A stretch of 64,000 nucleotides of DNA from Selaginella moellendorffii (lineage: Eukaryota > Plantae > Lycopodiophyta). This document shows positions 40,602 to 53,629 of this stretch, piece after piece (within the stretch, counting starts at the first letter, position 1; every line of letters begins with the position of its first letter). Under the pieces are notes generated by a model. That model saw only the letters and a list, made by a program, of their open reading frames with translations, did not search any database and had not been told where the DNA came from. The stretch covers positions 1,672,166 to 1,736,165 of the forward strand of contig NW_003314299.1 of assembly GCF_000143415.4 (NCBI RefSeq), read 5' to 3'. Made by a program: the position numbers and the translations under genes.

Positions 40602-43600
40602 TAAACATTGTGAGTCTTAGTAATTACAACCTACTATGAGAGACAAGTGGCTATAGGGTTTCAGAAGCTAAAAACTAGCATATAATTAATATGTAGCCTT
40701 ATTTTATATAGTTGGCCTGCCATATATAATAATAGCAAATATACACAGGCACGCAAGTATGCCTTTTTGCAAGATTACCTTTCAATCCCAAAATCATATA
40801 TAGATTTAATTCTTTGATTTGTCCACATCATATATCTTTGCAAAGACAAAACATATCAAAAGGAATAAGATATATATTAAAAATTTATATTTTTTTATAA
40901 TATTTTAGTGGATTACAAAAGCCATTAAAAGGTTTATAGAGTGGATTTATTAGTGCTTTCCGCTGTGTTATCCATTTCTTCTTTTCTTTTGCTCTGGATT
41001 GTTGTTTCGGAAGTAACAGGAGCATTTTTATCAATAGTGACAGTGGTCTCCACATTCCCGGATAGGTAATAAAGACCAGGCGTGTAATATAGAGATTGTG
41101 GTAGTGAAACAAAATTAACATTCTCACATTTCTGTATGCTAGAACTACTTACAGATTTTTTGTCTTCCTTGCTTCCCATCTCTGTAAACCCTAAAGAATG
41201 AACGAGTGAATCAGTGTTTCGAATTATTTATATATTTCTGGTCAATTGTTGAAATGTTAAAATGTTGAAATGTACAATAGAAATTTTAGGTTCATTCGAA
41301 CTTCAATATTCCCATTTTATTTGGGACCAATAAAGCCCAAAAATTTCTATGGGTTCAGACGAACTTCTAATTCTAGAAATTGTATAAACTGCATTAGAAA
41401 GATTCAAAAAATAGAAATCTCTCTAAACCATTGATACTTAAATTCATAAATTTCAAGTTCACCAAAGAATAACATTTTTCTGACTTAATATTTCCTTATA
41501 AGACTTATGGTTGACTATGTTGACTAGCATTGACTTGAGCTGAATTGAGCTCAACTCGTGAGCTCAACTCAACTTTGGACCATCCCCATGCAGATGATAT
41601 ATACGGTTATATAAGAGTGACCACCCCGAGAGAATTTAGGATTTAGAAATAGCTTGTAGAAAATATAAAGCAGATGTAGTAAGATTAAGTTTTTTATTGA
41701 TTTTAGTGATATACTTATAAATTGTTTAAAGATGGTTTAGGGTTTTAGATTTAGGATTTAGGGTTGTAACCTTAAAATTTCTTTTTGTGCTATAGTTCTT
41801 TGTTTTTCTAGAACATTAAATGGATGGCTTTGTACATCTAATACATCCCATTTTACTAGATAGATATTTTATTAAAATAAAATATTATTTATCTTTTGTT
41901 ACAGTATTTGCAATAATTTTCTTTCATCTATAGTTGATTCGTGAGAGTTTTGGGGTAGTAGAGTAGTTAGGTTTGTAGATCTAAATCAAAATTATCATTT
42001 AGAATAAAATATTTTTTAATTTATCTCTCTAGACACCATATGTCAGTAATTTTACCCCCATAACATACTAGCAATAACTTTGGGTATTTATCACATATTA
42101 AATTTTCATCTTAAGGTGCCTACTCCTAAGAGCTCATGCATTTTTAGTTTTAATCCCATGGTTTTTAAATTTTCTCTATATCATATCACTCCATTCATTA
42201 TCATAATCAATCTAAGTAGTTTAAATTAATTTTTTTCCCATCAATCCACTCACTACATGACATTTAATACTCACTATTCCTAGTTTACATTTCATTATGT
42301 TTCTAAATATACATTTATTTATTTAGGGATAAATAATTATTATATATTTGTAAGGGTAAGGTTTTTCACTCATTTGTTTCTGCATTATTTTACTTGACAT
42401 GTTTTTTGCAAAAATAACTAAGCTTGTTGTGCTTATTGTTAATGTTGAATCAATCAAGAATCAAAAGAAATTCAACTTTCTATAGTACTTTTTTCTTATA
42501 TCTTTCAAGGATGGCAAACACACTATTGAGGTTAACTATTACATTCACCATTATCCATCATTTTTGGATCTTACTTTTGTGATCCCAGATTACAAGTTTT
42601 CCTTGGCATTCACTTCAAGCAACTTTTGGGTTTGTTATTACTATTTTTGCTATTTCTTCTATTCTTAAATTCCTTTTATCAATATGGACAAAAATACTGC
42701 TTGACAATAGTAAAAGAAAGGATCAATATGCTATATGATGTAACCACAAAGTGTTAGAAAGCAAAGGTCAAAGAACTTATTTCTAGAGTATCAAATATTA
42801 ACAACATAGGTAACATTGGTTGAGTACCCTTGGTCATGGCTTGTGCAATAGGTGGTCAAGCTATTATTGAACTGTTACTATGAAAAGGGGCAAACAAAAA
42901 CTTTATAGGTATTCAGAATGGCTTTGTTTTACATATGTTGATGCTTTTGGCTTTACAGATGCTTTTGAAATGTTCCCATACCTTGAGGCAGTTAAGCATT
43001 GCTTGCCATTCAGTCTTATTGAAGACTTCTCATCAACACCAGCACTACTTGGTATAACTAACACTACAAATAACGTGTTGCATGCCATGGGTTTCATAGA
43101 TGAAAACAAGAAGTATATGCGAGAGTTGAAACGAGTTTTTGAATAGATTCTAAGTTATTCTAACGATGACAAGAATAACCATCTACAACAGTCAGCAACT
43201 ACACAAGGAAGTTCGGGAGATGGTGAGTTTCTTGCTAGCACTAGGAGGTTTGCAAGACTGGGAAAACTTCAAAAACTTAAAAATCTATTGAAGTAGCAAG
43301 ATATTTTAGTTGTTGATATAACTAAAGACCACGTACTACTTTAGATATCTGAAGCCAAGTTTGCTATATTTAAAAAGTAGTCTGTGAGGCTCATCCATTA
43401 TAAAAGGATAACCTTCAGAAACTTGAAAATTTTTGATAGCCAAAAATCATAACAAATACCATTAATTATTGCCTTATTCTAGTCATCTAGTAGCAAGAGA
43501 TAAGTCTGGTTTAGGGTGAGGGCATTTTGTAGAGCTTGTTGAAAGGCAAGGGCAACAGCATTGGAAAGGAGCTAGAGATTGGCTACTTGCAAGATCTAAC

Positions 43601-43633
43601 ATGCATTTTAGGAGTCTAGATGGGTAAAATCTT

Positions 43634-45531
43634 TGTAAGCAACTAAAGAGAATGACTTAAGAGAAGATTTATAGAGGTTCAAATATAAAGGAAAAGGGCC
43701 TATGAACAAAAATGCACCCCTTTTTCCAATTGGTTAAACTAAATTTTTAAGGACTAAATTTTTCCATTTTACTTTAGTCACTTAACCATACCTCTGACCA
43801 CTTGGAGGAGTCTCACTCACAACCTCCATAAGTCCTATTTTGGATGCCACTCAACCTTTGCACTTGGTCCAAGTGCTCCACATGTCCGATCCCATGACCG
43901 ACACCCCAAGGTACCATCGACATATCAACCCGTTACGCTAAGGCCATGCCCATTCACCTTGGTTACATCGGTGGTCTGACCCCACCTACATTGCAGTCCC
44001 ATCTCTCAAAGACTGAGTCATTTGTCCATGAGTGATCATCTCAGATCCACTCCTTAGCATCCTTAGGATGCCCACAGATATGGGGAATAGCCTTCCCCAA
44101 TATCTCCATTCCGGTCCCCACCAAGTCCCTTTCTGCCCCTAGCCGTGTTCGCCAACACTACCACTGGATCAAGGCCTACGAGCCCGACCACTAAGTCTCA
44201 CTATCCTCTAGGACTTCCTCACTGTGTGACTATGTCCTTGGTCACCACACCAGAGGGCTACTCCTCTTCCTTTCCACAGTCTGGGATTTTGGGACAACAT
44301 TTCGGAATACCGTGGCCCTACGCGGCCCTCATGGGTACTCTCCCTGCCTTCCGCCTTTAGGTGCTCTAGCCATGGGTTTAGAGCGAGGTTCCGTTGAGCC
44401 ACACTAGGTATCCAAGTAGGTAGTGCCACCCACACTTGGACTGGGTGCATCGGCTAGTCGATCTCATGGGGGAACTAGAGTCGGCTCTTGAACACTTCAC
44501 CAAGACCCCGCTTATCGGTCCGTATTCACTCTAGTCTTGGACTTCCCAGTGGTCAGTTCATCACCCAACACTGGGTCTGGCCTTTTTGGGCCAAACTAGC
44601 CTTTCTTGGCTAAATTGGCTCCACTGTAGTCCTCCCCCTTACTATACTTTTGGAGCTCACCAAACCCCCCAGGGTCTGGGTGACGAATGCTTTGGGCTTT
44701 CACCCTCTCAGACTCGAACTCAGACTCGGACTCAGACTCGGACTTGGACTCGGACTTGGACTTGGACTCGAACTTGGACTTGGACTCGGACTCGGACTCG
44801 AGCTCGGGCTCGGTCTCGGCCTCGGCCTCGGTCTCGGTCTTGGTCATGGTCTCGGTCTCGATCTCGGTCTCAATCTCGGTCTCGTTCCCGGTCTCAGTCT
44901 TGGTCTCGGTCTTGGTCTCGGTCCCGGTCTCAGTCCCGGTCTCAGTCTCGACCTCGGACTCCATCTCGGGTCCAGCTCGAACTCCATCTCGGGTCCATCT
45001 CGGACTCCATCTCGGACTCCATTTTGGACTCCATCTCGGACTCCACCTCGGACTCCATCTCGGACTCCATCTTGGACTCCATCTCAGACTCCACCTCGGA
45101 CTCCATCTCAGACTCCATCTCAGGTCCATCTCAGACTCCACCTCGGACTCCAACTCAGGTCCATCTCGAACTCCATCTCGGACTCCACCTCGGACTCTAA
45201 CTCGGGTCCATCTCGGACTCCACCTCGGACACTTCCATGTGTCATGTGTTGATCCTTTTGGGTCCCTTTTTGGAGCCTCGCTTATTGCTCGCTTCATGCT
45301 CGTTCCTTGAGCACTCCGTTGGGAGTTTCACTCCCGCTCTCAACCTTTCAAGTTGGAGCCTTTTAGTCCAAACGTGTTATGCTTGTTTGGCTTTTGCTTC
45401 GGCCACTACCACGTGGCACCCTTTCGGCTCCACTTTGGGGCTTAGGGATTTGTGTCTCACATAAACGTTCTTGGGTTTGAATAGTACTGAGTTGGGTGAC
45501 TTCCCAGGAAGTTTAAATTCAGAAGCTTACA
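43634..45531 (+). mobile_element. Cassandra solo LTR (5S-derived), interrupted by a family A solo LTR
   Basis: TGTAAGC...GCTTACA ends. 5S-like TAGTACTGAGTTGGGTGACTTCCCAGGAAGT at ~45482. Near-TSD ATCTT/ATCCT. Confidence 0.8.
43746..45461 (-). repeat. Family A solo LTR, reverse orientation
   Basis: Reverse complement of 3468-5118, including the minisatellite. Ends GTGTCTCACA at 45461. Confidence 0.9.
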
Positions 45532-47049
45532 ATCCTTAGTTGTATAGATAAGTATGCTACTTTTTTTTTAAGACACAATGGTGAAAAGGGATGGTTTTTG
45601 GTCTTTAGTCTTTTTCTTAGTTTTTGTTGATTATTGAGCTACTTATCTGTGGCATCTACTTAAAGATGCATAAAGCCACCGATCAAGATTCTCAGTAGGA
45701 AGCTTAGTCACCCCCATCGCTGCTCTTTTCAAAGATGCATAGTAATGAAAGGGTCTTTGGTTTAAGACCTAGTTGCTTATTTTGGCAACTTTTTAATGAT
45801 ATATACGGCTAAGGAAGACATCGATGCATTTAGCGATGCAGACGAGTGGCAAGATCTCAAGGATGGAGATGATAAGCCATATGTCTACAAACTTGAGAAT
45901 GTCCTTGCATACCCCTTAGAGAGATTTTGTGACAAGTAATTTTTTGATAAGGCAACTTTAAATTAGCATAGAATCAAAGTTCATAACTGTGAAATCATAA
46001 GTTTTTGGTATATTTTTTTTCTTTCTAATATTGTTTTTTTCAGTTGACAATGCTAAAATCTAAAAATGGACATAGAAAGAAGAGGAAGTAGGGGCCGTTT
46101 TCCAAGAAATACTAGGTAAAGAATTTTTGTTCCTCAAGACTCACATTTAAATTTTTATGTAAATTTTTGTTATGTATACTTTAGAAGACCAGATGCAACT
46201 TCATAATGAAATGCTACCGTGTAGATTGAAGAACTAGAAGTTGAAACTTTTGAACATAAAGTATAGCCACATCAAGGATAAAAACATCTGGAATATTAAA
46301 ATCCTACAAGATCTAAAAACATGGAAGAAACACTATACTAATTTGATGTTGGAGAACAATAGAAAAAAGCAAGATAGGTGACTACATACTACTCAATGTG
46401 AGTAGGAACTAATAATTGTTTTTGTTGTCTGAAACTTTTTTACATTGTTGTTTCTGCAAAGAAAAAGGAAATAGGGAGTAAATAAGGAGTGAGAAGAACA
46501 AAAGAGAAAAAGGACAGAGGACAAAGAAAAGGTATAATATAATTTCATGTTTATTTAGTTACTTGTCTTTGGACAAACTAAATACTAACTACCATTTGTA
46601 GAGAGAGGAGCAAGAAGATGGCAGAATAAAAAAGGATGAGGAAGATGAATAAAATAATGAAGAAGATAAGGATAATAAACAAGATGATGAATATGATGAT
46701 AAAGAGGATGACAATGTGCAAGACATTCTTGAAACAAAACAGGAAGACAAACAAAATGAACAAGACAGCCTGTTAAATGTATTTAGTTAACATTTTGATA
46801 AGAGTTCCAGAATGTGAAGAACCTAACAAATAATACATGAGAAAAGGTGGAAATATTAGACTTTATTTTTTCAGTTGGTGATACTCTCTTCATTTCCAAA
46901 TATTCTAAATCGACTCTTCTATGTGATAGACGACACTTAGTCCTCTTATGTTTCTAAAATAAAAATAAAAATATAGCTATAGAAGATTGGATCTTCCAGA
47001 TTACAGTGTCAAAATGATCAAATAGATAATCTCAACCTTGAGATAATTT

Positions 47050-47900
47050 GCCAAGTTTATCTTATATATGAGATTTTTTTGTGGTGATGAAGAGTTGCTC
47101 ATCATGAATATTGATCTGTAGTGCCTGATAAAGTGAATGATAAATGATATGGTTATGAACTTTTTTATCATATAAAATATTTAATTATTATTATTTAACA
47201 AATTTTTTAGGAACTTGAAGCTATAACATGATCAACATATCTTCAATAGCTTCTTCTATTCGTATTTGTGTCAAAAGATAAGAGTTTAAAATATAAATTT
47301 TTTAAATTTTATGTATTTTTTTCTTATTGGTTAGAAGTATAAAAAAAAAGGAAATGGAAGAATCAGTCGAATATTTTTGAGAAAAAGTATTTATTATTGC
47401 TCATTTTTAAAGTGTAAGTTTCTTTGTTTTATTATTAGTATTTGGTCTTTAAAGTTAATATACACCATTTTTTAGATCCTATTGGATTTTGGTTGTCATT
47501 TCTCTCATATTAGACTAAACTTCAATTTTTCACCTAGATTCTATACATCACATTAGACATAACAGTAGTGAAACCTTCAAGATTGTCAAGGAGTACCTAG
47601 AGAATAAATGAAAATATTACAATAGTGAAAATCCCATAATCAAAATCAATGTAAAGAAATTAAAGATATATTTTATATTGGTCTTTATTTTATCAATTGA
47701 TTTGTATAATTTTCTAAGTTCTGTAGTAGAGCAATGTTGTGGATTGTAGAGTTTACATGATACACTTTATAGAGACATTCATAATGAAATCTCTTGATAA
47801 TCTTATGATGGAGTTTGTAGAGAAAATGGTACATTGATAATTTTTTAATTATTAGTCTCTGAATTTGGGTTTTTTATGGCTTTTCTCCAAGAAAATCATG
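47050..47900 (+). pseudogene. Ulp1/SENP (peptidase C48) remnant
   Basis: Degraded exons read IDL*CL...MINDMVMNFF, HIFNSFFYSYL, KWKNQSNIFEKKYLL, SYWILVVI, FHLDS and SNVVDC.VYMIHFIE, which is the Ulp1 motif order. Confidence 0.7.
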
Positions 47901-48214
47901 CTTAGACACCGGATATGATATAAAATTCTAAAAGCCGCTACAATTTCTATTAATAAGCCAAAGAAGGTGGTTAAAGTGTATAGTAGATACAAACACTAAT
48001 TCTTAGTATCTATGATGCTAACAAAAACTTGGTGTAGTATAAAAAAACTAAGTTGACAAATGTATTGTGCAACATGAGCATGAAGAAAAAGAAAGAAAAA
48101 CTTTTCTGGAGGGAGAAAACCAGAGAACGCACCAAGAAAGAGTTCGCATGTAGTAAAATGAAAATGCAAAGGACAAAGAAAAGTATAGTTTTATATGAAA
48201 TTAGTTACTTGTCT

Positions 48215-48767
48215 TTAGATGTCATATAGGTTTAAATATAAAGGAAAAAGGTACACCCATGAACAAAAGTACACCCCTTTTTTCAATCAGTTAAGGATCT
48301 TAAGATATTTAGAGTTAAGTGTCCTTAGGTTTGAATAGTACTAGACTGGGTGACCTCTTGAAAAGTCTAAATTTAAGGAGTTTATATTTGGTATTGGAGT
48401 GGTCTCATGTCCGACTCTATTGGTTAGCTTAAGGAGACATTTGGCAGATTCAATTTACCTCTGGCTGAGCTCGACCCGAGGGGTAGGGTGTTAAAAGAGC
48501 AAAGCTCTTGGGAGAGTTGTGGCTTTCAGCGTCTATTCACGAAAGTGTGAATTTATATAAAAACGTGGTGGATTGTAAGCAACCAAAAGGAATAACTCGA
48601 GAGATGATCCATGGAGTTCAAACATAAAAGGAAAAAGCTTATGAACAAGAGTGCACCCCTTTTTCCAATAGGTTAAATGTCTTGGGATATTTGGGTTAAG
48701 CGTCCTTGGGTTTGAATAATATTGGGCTAAGTAGCCTCCTGGGAAGTTCAAATTCAAGAGCTTACCA
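48215..48767 (+). mobile_element. Cassandra TRIM (partial 5' LTR, PBS at 48389, 3' LTR 48574-48767)
   Basis: Both LTRs carry 5S rRNA-like GTTAAGYGTCCTT.GG...TAGTACTAGACTGGGTGACCTC. PBS TGGTATTGGAG. Confidence 0.82.
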
Positions 48768-49011
48768 TTTAGTTGTAGGAGATAAGTTCAATTTAGGGTG
48801 AAGGCATAGAGCTTGTTGGAAGCATACTTGCATTCGAACGGGTACGATTAATAAAAAATGTTGTTTAAAATGCACATAGGCATTTAAACCGGTGTTTAAA
48901 CACCAAGAATATTTTTAAAAAACCCTAAAGAATATGCTTTCTTTTACTTAGGATCAGGGTTCATGTAAAATCAGGGTTCGCAGGATCCGGAAGCGCTGAG
49001 GTAAGTCTGGG

Positions 49012-51891
49012 ATGGGGGGAGGAAGGCAACCATGCTGGAGCTGGGCTCATGTTCCAAAACTGAGGCCAACATCCAAGACAAGCCACGGCATGAGTCCATG
49101 GAAGTGTAAGTATTGCTCAAATACTTACACCGGTGCGGTTGAACGAGTTCACGGTCACCTTGGGAGTGTGAAAGGAAGGAATGTAGAGATTTGTACAGGA
49201 CAGGTGCCACTAGAGGTGGTGAACAAGGCTTGGGCATCTTTTAATCGTGTGGAAGCTCACGAAGAGCTCCATGATTGCAGCAAGTCCCCTAGAGAGACTT
49301 GCCTTAGCTCACGAGACTGAGGTCGGTGAGGTGAGCGGCAGTGCCAGCTGCGGGGCAAGTGGTGGGGCTACTGGAGGGCTGGGCGAGGCAAGCAGCGGCA
49401 GCGTTCCACTTTCCGGGAGCAGCAGTCTTAAACAAAGTGCTGCACCGGCGCTGGATGGTGACATTCGAAAGATGATGAAGTCTACAAAGGTTCAATGTCT
49501 GGATGATGCCATGGCCAAGTTCTTCTATGTTGAAAATATCCCTTTCAACACCATTCGGAGGCCAAATCTAAGGAAGTTGCTTCAAGCTGCTATCGATTTC
49601 GGCCCTGGAGCTCTTGCACAGATGATGGGATATGAGAAGCTGCGAAATACACAATTGAAGAAGCTTTATAATAGTGTCAATGCTCGACTTGATTCAATCC
49701 GTGACGGATGGAGAAGATATGGAGTTAGCATCGTCACCGATGGCTGGTCTGACAACCGTAGCCGATCCTTGATCAACTTCATGGCCTCCAACGTCCAGGG
49801 TTTGGTTTTCTTGAAGTTTGTAGATTCTGAGGGCAGGACAAAGACAGGAGAGTGGATTTGGGTCGAGCTGAAGAAAGTGATTCAAGAAGTTGGCGAAGAA
49901 AACGTTGTTTAGGTGATCACTGACAATGCATCAAACTGTGTGCAGATGGGAGAACTCATGACAGCTGAGTATCCTCACATTCTCTACAGCCAGTGTGTGT
50001 GCCATGTCTTGGACTTTCTCTTCGAAGACATCAGGAGCTTGTCGTGGGTAAAACCATTGGTGAAAGGCTGCAATGAAGTAGTAACTTTTATCACCAAAAA
50101 ACCTCGTGTTCTGGCTTTGTTTCGTGTAGTGTATGTGATCATGGGATGAGATTTGGATATACTATCACTGTGGATCCTTAGAACCTTGGGGGATAAATGA
50201 GGATAAAATAGCCACTAAGGGCTCTCTCATCAAGCAATTGCCCCTTTTCCAATTCGCTTAAGGGAAGAGAGATAAGGTGCACTACAATTGGTATCAAAGA
50301 AAATGGCATGGGTTCGATTCTTATTGATTAGTAGCTACTTAAAAATATAATATACCCTTGAGTAAAGTATATTCCTACCCCTAAAATTTGAAATTGTACG
50401 TATTGGGCATCCATGCATATATCCTTCCTCTTATGTGGAGTATCCACGGACGAAGGTATCCACCGTGGGACTGCGGTACGGGTGGATGACTAGTTGCCTT
50501 ACATGGAATAGCTGGTCTACACAATGGAAGGATTGGTAGATTCAGTGCGGAAATGGAGGATAAGTAGGGGTTGTTAGTCAGTAGTCAATGAGGACATTAA
50601 CATCTCTGAAGGGGGGGTGAGTATAACACATGTGATCATGGGATGAGATTTGGATATACTATCACCGTGGATCCTTGGAACCTTGGGGGATAAATGGGGA
50701 TAAAATAGCCACTAAGGGCTCTCTCATCAAGCAATTGCCCCTTTTTCAAGTGGCTTAAGGGAAGAGAGATAAAGTGCACTACATTTCGGAAGCTAAGCAA
50801 TCGGGATCTCATCAAGCCGGTGAGCACAAGGTTCACTTATATGTTTCTAGTGATGTCTCAACTCCTGAATCTGACGACCTTGGAGGCATTGAAGGAGATG
50901 GTTGTGAGCTCCGAGTGGCGGCGATTGGACATCACGAAGACCGCCAAAGCCCAGTGCATTCAAACTTGGATCTTAGAAGAGAATTTGAACCCTTTCTGGA
51001 CTAGGTGCCAGCACTTGTTGGTGCTGCTTGGACCGCTCCTCAAGGTCTTGAAGCTTGTGGACCGGGAGGGGGCAACTTCCAGTCTCATTTTTGAGGCTAT
51101 GGACTAGATGAATGAGAAGCTTTCAGAGGCTGCTGAGACTGGGATTTTAGCCGAGGAAGAGGTCAAGGTGATCAACAAGTTCATGATGGAGGATCATGGC
51201 AAAGGAGGTTGGAAAGCAGCTCATTGGTTCCAGATGCATTCGATCTTGCATGGAGCTGCTTTTGTTCTGAACCCAGCTTTTCTTCATCTCCCTCTTGACT
51301 AGGAGGCTCAGAAAGATTTTGTGGAGTACCTAGAGTTGTATTGCAAAGGAGATCGAGGACTTCAACACAAGTTGCTACACGAGTTTCAGAGTTTCCATCA
51401 ACAACTTGGCTGTTTGTTCTCTTTGGAGGTAGCAAAGCAGGTGCATATAAACTGTTTGTTTGTCAACTTTTTAGACTGATTCTCTTGTATAGATGGAGAA
51501 CCGGAAACACCCGGTGAGTTGGTGGAGCAACTTTGGTGCAAGCACACTAGAACTTCAAAGGCTTGCTTTACGGATCTTGAGTCAGCCAGTTTGTGCTTCA
51601 CCATGCGAGTGAAACTAGAGCTCATGGAGCATGATCCAGACGAAGAGGAGGTCTCGAATGCTCTCCAAAAACTCGGAGAAGCTGGTTTTTGTGCACACAA
51701 ATATGCGTGTCATACAAAAGATTGAGTCCGGGAGTTTGAGGCTTATCGAGCATGATCTTGATAACCTTGAGCTTGAGCCTCAATGGCAAAAGATTCTTGC
51801 ACTTCAGGAGGTTGTTGAAGAACCTCTTCAACAACCTGATGACGATGGCACTAGTGGTGATGATGTTCTAGATTCGGAGGATGAAGATTAG
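49012..51891 (+). pseudogene. hAT transposase (BED finger, DUF659, dimerization domain), disrupted by stops and a TRIM
   Basis: WKCKYCSNTY...HGHL; SIVTDGWSD...SLINF; ITDNASNC; CVCHVLD; STRF; SMIQTKRRSRM...EKLVFVHTN. Confidence 0.9.
50125..50783 (+). mobile_element. Complete TRIM (LTRs 50125-50286 and 50622-50783), TSD TTTCG
   Basis: PBS TGGTATCA follows the 5' LTR. PPT GAAGGGGGGGTGAG precedes the 3' LTR. TTTCG on both sides. Confidence 0.95.
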
Positions 51892-53629
51892 ATTAAACCT
51901 ATATTATATTATGTTAAACTTTGTTTAGTAACAGTTAATTATTTTTTAATTATATTAAAACTGAAAACCACTATACCCGTTCGAAAAAAAGCTAAACAGG
52001 TATTAAACGTTTGATACCCATTTGAATCCGGTTGCATTCAAATGTTCGGATGCAAGTATGGTTGGAAGGTGAGGGTAGTAGCACTAGAAGTTAATTAGAG
52101 ATTGGCCACTTGCCGAAGCAACAAAATGTGATTCAATTTGTGAAAATCTCTCCTCTTCTCTCCCAGATTTTAGGTCCATTTTGTTGATGGCCACTTGAAA
52201 TATGATTTGATTCATGTGTATGCTAGATGCTGTGCCATTGGAGGAGCAACTCACTTACATTCTTTCCCAGTTAGCAGCGACTATTAGCAATGGTAGCAGC
52301 AATCAGCCACACCTCACCACTGACAACTTTCTTTGCATCATGGAAGCATTGAAGTAGCAAATATCCACTCTCAATCAAGGTGACCATTAGATTCTTTTTT
52401 CTTTAGTTTTTTTTATAGTTGCAAAGCTTCTTTACAACTAAACTTGACATCTATAGTGCCACTTCTTTTCTCCCATTTTTCTTTTTTTCTCCTGCTTCTA
52501 TCTTCTCTCTACTTCTTCTTCCTCTTTTGTTTGTGTCTTGGCACTAGAATTATTCTTTCTCTTGAATGATATTGCTATTCTAATCAATTCTTGCATGGAT
52601 CAATCACCGGCAAGAAAATTAGGGGAAACATTCCAGTTTTGTGAAATTTCATCACCCATCCTTGACTTTGGGAAGGATGCAAGGCAAAAACTAAAGAATG
52701 TAAATGATGAATACCTCCAATGGATAGCACAAAGGTTTGGTAGTGAGAAAAGAGTGAAATGAAAGGAAGGTTGGTTTTGAAGTGGTTATTGTGGTTAGAG
52801 CACAAGAGCAATGATTGCATGTAATTTACTATCCTTAGTCTTTGGCTTAACCAAAGAACAAGGACAATTGAAAGAACCAATAATGTGGGTTTATGGACTC
52901 ACAATTAGAAATTTCATTCTTCTTTAGTTCCTTATTTAGTTAAAAGATGGAGAGAGATTAAATGTACAACCCTAAACCCTAAACTACCATAGAGTGGCAT
53001 TTTCCTTTATTTCTTCTTCTCTTTAAGGCTTGATGGTTCTTTCAGTTATGTTGCAAGCTAGATTTCTAGAAGTGCATCTCAAATAACAAGTCTTCTTCAT
53101 TGGTTGGAGATTTTAGTTTTGGCATTTGGAGCTTGACATCTTAGAGTCTTTGGACTTACAACAAGAAAATCATTCACTCTAGTTCTCTAACACTAAACCC
53201 TAAACTAGATACAATCTTGTGAGCAGCTGGGGGAGGGGATGTGCTTCATTGGCAATGCCTAGCTCCCCTCCTATTGAGAGCAACTAATCAGCTTGCCTAA
53301 GTTTTTTGTAATTGGTCCCTAAAGGACATGAGGAATGTATATACATGTTTGTTTTTTTGGTAAATTGAGTGGATAGGCTTGTACGTCTAACCCTCTCTAT
53401 CTTCTAACCTCAAAAATCTAACTTACACAACATATAAAGCTAAAAAAGGACCAACTTTAGCAATATTTTATAAGCCACCATTTCCTACTAGGGTTTGTAA
53501 TATTATAGGGTTTCAACCCTAGGGCTTAAGTCTCTATGGCTTCAGCAATATCACTTTAATCTTTTTTTCTCTTTTCTCCTCCCTTTCTTCCATTCTTTGC
53601 TTGTTTTCCAATCTCTCGGGGCTCATAAC

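Larger units (their letters stand above)
29039..41630. mobile_element. 12.6-kb TIR DNA transposon (MULE-like) with cargo genes
   Basis: TIRs CTCGGGGTGGTCACTCTT...TATATCATCTGC (29039-29079) and GCAGATGATATA...AAGAGTGACCACCCCGAG (41590-41630). 8-bp TSD AGAATTTA at 29031-29038 and 41631-41638. Subterminal inverted repeat TTGAGCTCACGAGTTGAGCTCAATT at ~29505 and ~41543. Confidence 0.92.
48823..52060 (+). mobile_element. hAT DNA transposon, 17-bp TIR, TSD GTTGGAAG
   Basis: CATACTTGCATTCGAAC / GTTCGGATGCAAGTATG. GTTGGAAG at 48815-48822 and 52061-52068. Confidence 0.95.

Noticed and set aside
48320-48365. 5S rRNA gene
   Set aside because: Only a degenerate internal 5S segment inside Cassandra LTRs.
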